Positions 1-7,960 of a stretch of 64,000 bases of DNA are shown here, one piece after another. Under the pieces are notes generated by a model that saw only the letters and a list, made by a program, of their open reading frames with translations, ran no database searches and was not told where the DNA came from. Source of the stretch: Candidatus Staskawiczbacteria bacterium (GTDB lineage: Bacteria > Patescibacteriota > Minisyncoccia > Minisyncoccales > Staskawiczbacteraceae). Within the stretch, counting starts at the first letter, position 1. Every line of letters starts with the position of its first letter. Location of the stretch: positions 339,877 to 403,876 of the forward strand of contig JBAZUH010000001.1 in the NCBI GenBank assembly GCA_041661545.1, written 5' to 3'. The translations under genes and the position numbers were made by a program.

Positions 1-3000
1 AGTTGCAGAGTTGGCCACATCTTCTTCTGTTGCCACGGCATAAAAACTTGCTGGAGCACTTTGGTTATTATATTCTGTAGCAATCCAATCAGCCGACCGA
101 GCAATAGAAGAAACGCGAATTTCATCAATCCCACCATAATAAGGAGAGGTGCCATCTCCTCTTGCACCAATTTTTACACTACCAACTCCTCCATATGCAG
201 TTACTGCTGTTGATTGTCCAATACTCGCACCATCAACATACCCAATATATTTTGCTGCTGAGACACTCCATACCATAGTTAAGTGATGCCAATTATTATC
301 ATTGATTGTTGCGATATTCCCCAACATAACACTTCTCATCCAAAAAATACCTTGGGCCCCGCCAACATTTGATACAATAAACCAATCTGAGGCATAAGGA
401 CTTACTGCATGACTTTGAGAGACAGCATAACTTGTTCCATTTTGTTTCACCCAAACAGAAGCTGAAAAATCTGAACCACTCAAATTTAAAGTAAGAGATG
501 TAATGTCTGCATAACTAATCCCATTAAAACTACCTGACCCATCCACCTTTCCTAATGTTGCAGTCACTCCATGGTTTGTTCCGTCGTTGTTATTGCTAGT
601 AGAATCAGTAGGATTTGTTGGATCACTTAAATGCCACACTCCTTTGAAATTGTTATCTCCTCCATCATCCCAAACCTTTTGAGCGCCATAAGTAGAATCA
701 GCATCGGGTTCTGTTGCGCCAGAATTTCCATAATACATATAGATATCTGTATCTACAGATGTAGAAAGTACTGGCACTTTAACCCATGCCACTAATGTTC
801 CATCGGCGTATGATTCTACCTCTCTTGCAAGCTCTGTTGTGCCATCGGAAGATGTAAATCTAATATCTGTTCCATTTGTATTTATGTTTGAAAGCCCTGT
901 GAGAGAAACTAAAACTGGAAAGTTTGTTTGATTGGTATTTGGAACTTTTGTTTTATCTATTGTAATCTTTTTTCTGTATGTCCAGCTGTTGTTGTACCAA
1001 TCTAAGGCTGTGATATTAGAAAGAGGGGTAAAACTAACTGTTACTTGCCCATCTCCTCTTTCTACACCAGTGATAGTTGGTTTTCCAGGAACTGTTCTTG
1101 GTGTACTGCTTGTTGGTGGGTCACTTGACGCGCCTGTTCCAGCTGAGTTATATGCAAATACTCTAAAATCATAGGAAGAACCATTTACAAGGTCTACAAC
1201 AGAAATTGTTGTAAGTGGCGATACAGGGTGGCCAAACTGTGTCCAAGTTTCATCAACACTAAGTTTATATTCAATAACATAATTAGTAATTTCTGCACCA
1301 TTATTGGCGGGAGCAGTCCAAGATAAATCAACCTGAGCATTTCCTGGAGTAGCAATAACTTCTGTTGGAATTCCCGGAACTCCTGCTGGCGTTACAGCCT
1401 CAGATGCATCTGAAGTTGGCCCCTGCCCCACTACATTTGTGGCAGTCATTGTAAATGTATATTCTGTTCCGTTTGTTAAACCAGAAACAATAATTGGTGA
1501 GGTACTATTTGAAACTACCACTGAATCTGGATTTGAGGTAACTGTATAATTTGTAATTTCACTTCCGCCATTGGTTGCAGAATTGGCAACATCTTCTTCT
1601 GTTGCCACGGCATAAAAACTAGACGGGTCACTTTGATTGTTGTATTCTGTAGCAATCCAATCAGCAGAGCGAGCAACATCAGAAACGCGATTTTCATCAA
1701 TACCGCCAATCCAATATCTAGCTCCAAGCTGCCCGTCCCAACCTATCATAAATTTTTCCCACAAAACTGATGAAATATTTCCCATTCTTGGGGATATGAC
1801 TCCAGAGAGCGAGCCATTTATATAAAAAGTTACGTTACTACCATTATAAGTATAGGCCACATGACTCCACTGATTGAGAGGAACCGTATCGGTAGAAGCA
1901 TGATAACCAGGGGGTATTGTTCCATAATGATATGTTTGTATTTTTTGATTATCTGTTCTTTGAAAATAATACTCGGATCTCTTAGTAGCAATAGTACCAT
2001 ATGCAACATTTGCTGTAGGATAAATCCATGCCGATTGCGTTATTGTTTCTCCACCAATACTAAGACTCTCGTTGCTTCCCACGTCAAAATACTGACTTCC
2101 ATTATAGGTAGTGGAATATCCTATTTTACCTAGAGCGCCAAAAACAACTGTTCCCAACTGAGTACCAGTGTTTGCATTTAAAGTAGAATCATAAACATAG
2201 GTTGGACCAGCTTCTGACATATGCCACACCCCAGCAAAATTATTACTTCCTCCATCGTCCCAAACTTTTTGGGAGCCGTAAGTAGAATCAACAGCAGGTT
2301 CTGTTGCGCCAGAATTTCCATAATACATATAGATGTCTGTATCAACAGATGTAGAGAGCACTGGTATCTTAACCCATGCTACTAGTGTGCCCGCAGAATA
2401 TGATTCTATCTCTCGTGCAAGCTCTGTTGTGCCATCAGAAGAAGTAAACCTAACATCTGTTGCATTTGCATTTATGTTTGATAATCCGGCTAAAGACACT
2501 AAAACTGGAAAGTTTGTTTGATTGGTATTTGGAACTTTTGTTTTATCTATTGTAATCTTTTTTCTGTAGGTCCAGCTGTTGTTGTACCATGGTGCAGTAG
2601 TAGGATTAGAGAGTAGATCAAAATTAACTGTCACTTGTGTGTCGCCAGCAACAGCGCTGGTGATAGTTGGTTCCCCGGGGATTGTTTTGGGAGTGCTACT
2701 AACAAGCGGTGAACTTGAGCTTCCGCTACCAACAGCATTTACTGCTGTAATTCTAAAATCATAAGAAGTGCCATTAACCAAACCCGTAACAAGAGTATCA
2801 ACTATTGTTGCAGTTTCGGGGTCAGCAGAAATTTGCCAGCTTGCCGGTTCATCTGGGTCACTTGTTAATTTATATTCAATTACATAATCTGTAATTGCAC
2901 TGCCACCATTTGAAGCTGGTGCAGACCAAAAAAGAGAAACTTGCCTGTCTCCATATGTTGGGGTTACCGCTGTTGGTTGTCCTGGAACAGTTGCTGGCGT

Positions 3001-5724
3001 TACAGAACTAGAAGGGTCAGAAGAAGGACCTGTTCCAACAACATTTGTTGCTGTTACAGTAAATGTATATTCTGTTCCGTTTGTTAAACCTGCAACTATA
3101 ATTGGTGAAGATAATCCATTTGCAGTAATTCCTTCTGGGTCAGAAGTAACAGCATAATTTGTAATTTCACTTCCACCGTTGGATCCAGAATTGTCCACAT
3201 CTTCTTCGCTTGCCACGGCATAAAAACTAGCTGGGTCTCTTTGATTATTATATTCTGTAGCAATCCAATCTGTAGAGCGAGCTGAAGCAGATATACGAGT
3301 TTCATCTATACGTCCATTATAATAACCCACGTACCCCCACCCAATATACGAATTTAAACTTGAAGCAACTGCAGCAGCATATGGAGCCGCCTTTACAGTT
3401 ACTGGCACTCCATTTATATACCATATCATTTGCATAGTTGTAAGATTTCTCACTATAACAATATGATTCCAGATATTCAACGCCATTACACCCGACAAAT
3501 GAGATGTATATGGAGACGCATTGCCTCCAGCAGTACCATAATAATAGCTGGCAACACCGTTTGTTTCCTGTGTTATTGTTCCTTCTCCTCCGTAGGCCTT
3601 TGCATATGGATTTCTTCTTACAGAAAAATCATATGGATATACCCACATCTCTATAGTTTGGCTCCCAGTGATTTGTAAAGAAGCAGGATTGAGCAAATTT
3701 ATATAATTATTACTCCCATTAAATACCGCAGCCCCATTCATCTGGCCCGCTATGGCTGTTGGAGGATTTGCCGAGAGAGATCCATTGTTAGCGTTACTAG
3801 TAGAATCTACCGCGGTCATTGTCGAAGCATCACCCATATGCCATACCCCTTTAAAATTATCATCTCCCCCATCATCCCAAACTTTTTGCGAGCCGTAAGT
3901 AGAATCAACAGCTGGTTCTGTTGCACTAGAATTTCCATAATACATATAGATATCTGTATCTACAGACGTAGATAGCACGGGTACCTTAACCCACGCTACT
4001 AGGGTGCCCGCAGAATATGATTCTATTTCTCTTGCAAGCTCTGTTGTGCCATCGGAAGATGTAAATCTAATATCTGTTCCATTTGTATTTATGTTTGAAA
4101 GCCCTGTTAAAGACACTAAAACTGGAAAGTTTGTTTGATTGGTATTTGGAACTTTTGTTTTATCTATTGTAATCTTTTTTCTGTATGTCCAGCTGTTGTT
4201 GTACCATAGTGTAGGAGTAGGATCGTATAGCAAATTAAAATTAATCGTCGCCTGCGTGTCACCAGCAACAGCACTAGTGATAGTAGGTTTCCCGGGAATG
4301 GTTTTGGGGGTTGCTGATGCTGTTGCGCTTGCATCTCCCTGACCAGCACTATTTCTTGCTGACACCCTAAAATCATAAAACAAACCATTTATAAGCCCTA
4401 TTACATCTCCATAAGTATTTGTAGATTCTCCATCAGCAAAAGTTGTCCACTCTACGTCTGTAGTAAGCTTGTAATCAATAACATAATCTGTAATTACAGC
4501 TCCTCCATTGTTTAATGGTGCTGTCCACGACAAGCCAACCTGCGCATTTCCATAAGTTGCAATTAAGTCAGTTGGCGCATCTGGCACCGCAGCTGTTTCC
4601 TCAGCAGAAGATGCAAAATTAGTAAAAGTTGCAGGAGAACTTTGATTATTATATTCAGTTTTTATCCAATCAGCGGAACGTTTAATATTTGAAACCCTTA
4701 ACTCATCAATTACTCCATCAAATGGATATCCGATACCATCTCTACCGTCATTACCTATATAATAATTATTTCCACCATCTCCTATTGTAAAATGTGTAAT
4801 TGCTGTGCCATCTGGATTTCCATTTAAATAAAAAGTTGCCAATTTAGTTGCATTATCAAATGTCACTAAAACATGAGACCATTGATCCGTTGCTACAGCA
4901 GTCTGCCCACTATAAACATATGAACCTGTTGCAGACCAAAAAGATGCCTTCCCGGCATTTAATGTAAACCACCAACCTGATGCAAAATTATTTCCAATAA
5001 TTCCGTCGTAATTAACTTTAGTAATTGGCTTAACCCACGCACTAAATGTTCCATCTGACCCTGTTAATTTCAAACCAGCATTTGCACCAGTAACTAGAGC
5101 ATAACTTAGGTAATTAAAATTCTGTCCAGTATTTATTTGTCCAACTGCTTCAATTGGATCATTCGCCCCTCTTTTATTCGCGTTGTTTAAATAAGAAGTA
5201 CTGTCACTAATAGTAGAAGTGGTAATATCTTTCAAGTGCCACACCCCTTTAAAATTATTACTACCTCCATCATCCCATGTTCCACCAACATTCCATTGAT
5301 CAGCAACTAATGCATTGCCGTAATAAATATAAATATCCGTATCAACAGAAGTGAAAACTGATGGAACTTCTACCCATGCAACCAATTCACCAGTAGAAGG
5401 AACATATTTTTCTACCTCATGATCCAATTTAACACCACCAGTAGTTGTAAAAACAATGTCTCCTCCATCTGCTTGACCAACATGACCACCATTAGCAGAA
5501 TCTTTTAGTGTTACCATTGTGGCACTAATGAGCACTGGAAAATATGCTTGATCAGTATTTTGAACTTTGGTATGATCAATTGTAATTTTTTTTCTATAAA
5601 TCCAATCTGTGTTATACCAAGAATCTACTGCTCTTGCATAATTGATTTGGAAACAAAAAATAACTATAAAAGAAAAAAGAACAGCAAAAGCAACAAAAAT
5701 TCTTATAAATTTATTTTTCTTCAT
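1..5724 (-). CDS. Giant modular secreted/surface protein (N-terminus in window, C-terminus beyond position 1): four tandem modules of DUF2341-like + LamG/concanavalin-A-like lectin + fibronectin type III
   Basis: ATG is the cat at 5722-5724. The reverse translation starts MKKNKFIRIFVAFAVLFSFIVIF (signal/anchor) and stays open for 1908 codons in the frame registered on nt 1-3. It is absent from the ORF track because it has no in-window stop. Recurring motifs: WYNNSWTYRKKITIDKTKVPNTNQTNFPVLV, DIRFTSSDGTTELAREIESY, VAWVKVPVLSTSVDTDIYMYYGN, FKGVWH, ARSADWIATEYNNQ, GGSEITNYVIEYK. Confidence 0.85.
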   Translation of the reverse strand, partial: MKKNKFIRIFVAFAVLFSFIVIFCFQINYARAVDSWYNTDWIYRKKITIDHTKVQNTDQAYFPVLISATMVTLKDSANGGHVGQADGGDIVFTTTGGVKLDHEVEKYVPSTGELVAWVEVPSVFTSVDTDIYIYYGNALVADQWNVGGTWDDGGSNNFKGVWHLKDITTSTISDSTSYLNNANKRGANDPIEAVGQINTGQNFNYLSYALVTGANAGLKLTGSDGTFSAWVKPITKVNYDGIIGNNFASGWWFTLNAGKASFWSATGSYVYSGQTAVATDQWSHVLVTFDNATKLATFYLNGNPDGTAITHFTIGDGGNNYYIGNDGRDGIGYPFDGVIDELRVSNIKRSADWIKTEYNNQSSPATFTNFASSAEETAAVPDAPTDLIATYGNAQVGLSWTAPLNNGGAVITDYVIDYKLTTDVEWTTFADGESTNTYGDVIGLINGLFYDFRVSARNSAGQGDASATASATPKTIPGKPTITSAVAGDTQATINFNLLYDPTPTLWYNNSWTYRKKITIDKTKVPNTNQTNFPVLVSLTGLSNINTNGTDIRFTSSDGTTELAREIESYSAGTLVAWVKVPVLSTSVDTDIYMYYGNSSATEPAVDSTYGSQKVWDDGGDDNFKGVWHMGDASTMTAVDSTSNANNGSLSANPPTAIAGQMNGAAVFNGSNNYINLLNPASLQITGSQTIEMWVYPYDFSVRRNPYAKAYGGEGTITQETNGVASYYYGTAGGNASPYTSHLSGVMALNIWNHIVIVRNLTTMQMIWYINGVPVTVKAAPYAAAVASSLNSYIGWGYVGYYNGRIDETRISASARSTDWIATEYNNQRDPASFYAVASEEDVDNSGSNGGSEITNYAVTSDPEGITANGLSSPIIVAGLTNGTEYTFTVTATNVVGTGPSSDPSSSVTPATVPGQPTAVTPTYGDRQVSLFWSAPASNGGSAITDYVIEYKLTSDPDEPASWQISADPETATIVDTLVTGLVNGTSYDFRITAVNAVGSGSSSSPLVSSTPKTIPGEPTITSAVAGDTQVTVNFDLLSNPTTAPWYNNSWTYRKKITIDKTKVPNTNQTNFPVLVSLAGLSNINANATDVRFTSSDGTTELAREIESYSAGTLVAWVKIPVLSTSVDTDIYMYYGNSGATEPAVDSTYGSQKVWDDGGSNNFAGVWHMSEAGPTYVYDSTLNANTGTQLGTVVFGALGKIGYSTTYNGSQYFDVGSNESLSIGGETITQSAWIYPTANVAYGTIATKRSEYYFQRTDNQKIQTYHYGTIPPGYHASTDTVPLNQWSHVAYTYNGSNVTFYINGSLSGVISPRMGNISSVLWEKFMIGWDGQLGARYWIGGIDENRVSDVARSADWIATEYNNQSDPSSFYAVATEEDVANSATNGGSEITNYTVTSNPDSVVVSNSTSPIIVSGLTNGTEYTFTMTATNVVGQGPTSDASEAVTPAGVPGIPTEVIATPGNAQVDLSWTAPANNGAEITNYVIEYKLSVDETWTQFGHPVSPLTTISVVDLVNGSSYDFRVFAYNSAGTGASSDPPTSSTPRTVPGKPTITGVERGDGQVTVSFTPLSNITALDWYNNSWTYRKKITIDKTKVPNTNQTNFPVLVSLTGLSNINTNGTDIRFTSSDGTTELAREVESYADGTLVAWVKVPVLSTSVDTDIYMYYGNSGATEPDADSTYGAQKVWDDGGDNNFKGVWHLSDPTNPTDSTSNNNDGTNHGVTATLGKVDGSGSFNGISYADITSLTLNLSGSDFSASVWVKQNGTSYAVSQSHAVSPYASDWFIVSNVGGAQGIFWMRSVMLGNIATINDNNWHHLTMVWSVSAAKYIGYVDGASIGQSTAVTAYGGVGSVKIGARGDGTSPYYGGIDEIRVSSIARSADWIATEYNNQSAPASFYAVATEEDVANSAT

Positions 5725-5799
5725 TAATTTATTTATGCTAAACAAATCCTGCGCTTTTTATTATGCAATATTTTCAGTAAATAATATTTATTAATTATA

Positions 5800-6729
5800 C
5801 TACTTTATTGTCTTTTGTTGTAATTTTATCTCTCTTAAAGATAAGCCCATGAATACCACTAACAATAAAAATGTATTAAGTGGAGCTATCCAGAAAGGAA
5901 AATGACTACCAAAAGCCTCTAAAACCATAATACCGCCTAAAAATCCTATAGAATACATTGCGCCATTTTTTAAATAAGCATATTTTGCAATTATATCTAT
6001 TCCCTTAATTGTAAATTCCCTAACTACCAAAGCACCTAAACCATTTCCTAAAAATATTAAAGGAATAGACATTGTAAAAGCAAAAGCTCCAATTACGCCG
6101 TCTATTGAAAAAGTTGCATCTAAAACTTCTAAATACATTATTTTGCTCCACGAGGACATATTTCCAGTTAACATTTGCTTTTCTTTTTCTTCTGCATTCT
6201 TTTTAAAGCCATCAGTAATAAAAAATGCTGTTGACCCTATAACCGCAGACAAAGCTAAAATTGGATCAACTTTTATTGAGTAATAAACTACGGCAGTAAT
6301 AAATAAAGAAGATATCGCATAAAACCAAACAGATTGTTTGTGTATAAATTTTTCAACTAAAAATGCGTATTTTTTTTCTTCTAAAAACAACCATCCTAAA
6401 AATACAAAAAATAAATAAACTCCTCCAGCTAAAAGTAAAATTGCTCGAGATTCTTCTACATAAGCCTCAATTTCTGGCGTTGGATTAAAAACAAATGCCA
6501 CAACTTCAAAAATAGACAATGCAGGGTTTGCTATCCAAACAATTATAAATGGTAAAACCCCCCTAACGGCAAACACTGCTATAATTAAACCCCAAAATAA
6601 AAAAAACTTTCTAAATTTTTGAGGTAAAGTTTTTAAAACACTAGCATTGATAATTGCGTTATCAATGCTAGAAATTATTTCAAAAAGACACAACCCAAAC
6701 ACTACAACTATAATCTGTATTATATCCAT
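5800..6729 (-). CDS. TerC/DUF475-type integral membrane protein
   Basis: 309 aa and polytopic. The N-terminal FEIISSIDNAIINA motif is typical of the TerC/DUF475 family. Confidence 0.7.
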   Translation of the reverse strand: MDIIQIIVVVFGLCLFEIISSIDNAIINASVLKTLPQKFRKFFLFWGLIIAVFAVRGVLPFIIVWIANPALSIFEVVAFVFNPTPEIEAYVEESRAILLLAGGVYLFFVFLGWLFLEEKKYAFLVEKFIHKQSVWFYAISSLFITAVVYYSIKVDPILALSAVIGSTAFFITDGFKKNAEEKEKQMLTGNMSSWSKIMYLEVLDATFSIDGVIGAFAFTMSIPLIFLGNGLGALVVREFTIKGIDIIAKYAYLKNGAMYSIGFLGGIMVLEAFGSHFPFWIAPLNTFLLLVVFMGLSLREIKLQQKTIK

Positions 6730-7187
6730 GTGTCTGAAACTTTTATATTATGCTCTAATATACTATCTTCCTTATCAAACATAAAATCTGCTTCTACCTT
6801 TTTTCCATTTAAAACATGGGGCATCCAATGAATATCATCTGGCCACATATTTTGATATGGAATTTCACTTAAAGAAAACCATTCTGGCTTCATTTCTTCT
6901 GATTCTATTGGTTCGCCTTCCCATTCTTTTGCAATAAACAATGTTACTGTTTGATTCCATTCTGGTTTATTAGCAAATTTAAAATTAAAAATACCGGCTT
7001 TCTCTAGATTTTTAGCTTCTATGCCAACTTCTTCTTTGGCTTCTCTTATAGCAGCATCTATAATTTTTTCTCCAAATTCAACCTTACCTCCTACGCCATT
7101 CCACCTGCCCACACCAAAACCTCGCTTTTTCATAGCTAAAAGAATTTTGTCTTCTTTTAATAATAAACAAAGAGTTGCTTGCTTCAT
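6720..7187 (-). CDS. NUDIX hydrolase (MutT/MTH1-like 8-oxo-dGTP diphosphatase type)
   Basis: Nudix box GGKVEFGEKIIDAAIREAKEEVGIE, preceded by RWNGVGG as in MTH1-like enzymes. Confidence 0.8.
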   Translation of the reverse strand: MKQATLCLLLKEDKILLAMKKRGFGVGRWNGVGGKVEFGEKIIDAAIREAKEEVGIEAKNLEKAGIFNFKFANKPEWNQTVTLFIAKEWEGEPIESEEMKPEWFSLSEIPYQNMWPDDIHWMPHVLNGKKVEADFMFDKEDSILEHNIKVSDTWI

Positions 7188-7196
7188 TAAAATTAT

Positions 7197-7433
7197 TTAT
7201 TTTGATTTTTTCTTGCTGAAATAAAAAATATAAAGTATTTCTAATATTCCTACTGTATTTATTATCAAAAGTGCAATAAACCAGGGCTTGCTTTCATTTC
7301 GTGCTGCCGCCCAAAGAGCAATTCCTTTCCAAATTATTGACCAAATCATTATAACGCTAAACAAAACAAAAAAACCCGCTGGAACTGTTGAATAGCCCAT
7401 CACATTTATAAATTGTTGATATATTGGATCCAT
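7197..7433 (-). CDS. Small membrane protein (DUF5652-like)
   Basis: 78 aa with hydrophobic helices. The motif WKGIALWAAARNESKPWFIALLIINTVGILEILY resembles small CPR membrane proteins. Family assignment is from memory only. Confidence 0.55.
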   Translation of the reverse strand: MDPIYQQFINVMGYSTVPAGFFVLFSVIMIWSIIWKGIALWAAARNESKPWFIALLIINTVGILEILYIFYFSKKKSK

Positions 7434-7456
7434 ATTAATTAAATAATTTAATAATA

Positions 7457-7912
7457 TTAACGATATTTATTTATTTCGTAGCCTGCAACCCCAAAGGATA
7501 CAGCTACATTTAACGATTCTTTTTGCCCCGACATAGGCAAAAATATTATTTTATCTGCTTTTTTTAATATAACCTTAGAAATTCCTTTTACTTCATTACC
7601 CAATATTAAAGCCAACGGAAAACTTGGCTTAAATTTTGTATAATTAATTGCTTTTTTATCTAATTCTAATGCTATTATATTTATTTTACCTTTTTTTAAT
7701 TTGTCTAACAACCTACCAGTTTGCTTAAAATATTCAAACGGAATTCTATTTTCTGCCCCTAGAGCAGTTTTACTAATTTTATGATGTGGCGGTTTTCCGG
7801 TTATTCCACACAAAAATATTTTAGAAACTCCCAAAGCATCGGAAGTTCTAAAAATAGAACCCACATTTTCTAAACTTCTTATATTATCGCAAATCACATA
7901 AAATTCCTTCAT
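7457..7912 (-). CDS. SpoU/TrmH-family RNA 2'-O-methyltransferase
   Basis: Motifs ENVGSIFRTSDALGV, LILGNEVKGIS and SLNVAVS. Confidence 0.8.
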   Translation of the reverse strand: MKEFYVICDNIRSLENVGSIFRTSDALGVSKIFLCGITGKPPHHKISKTALGAENRIPFEYFKQTGRLLDKLKKGKINIIALELDKKAINYTKFKPSFPLALILGNEVKGISKVILKKADKIIFLPMSGQKESLNVAVSFGVAGYEINKYR

Positions 7913-7960
7913 TTTTATATTTTATGCTTTTTACCTCCCAAATACACCTACAACCTAGTT

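Noticed and set aside
932-4388. Track ORFs inside the first 5.7 kb: 932..1174, 1515..1727, 1637..1825, 1861..2133, 2333..2521, 2579..2764, 3096..3305, 3430..3678, 4139..4342 and 4164..4388.
   Set aside because: All lie antisense to, or out of frame with, the uninterrupted 1908-codon minus-strand ORF. Their repeated N-termini (MVFGTFVLSIVIFF...) simply mirror the tandem DNA repeats of that gene.
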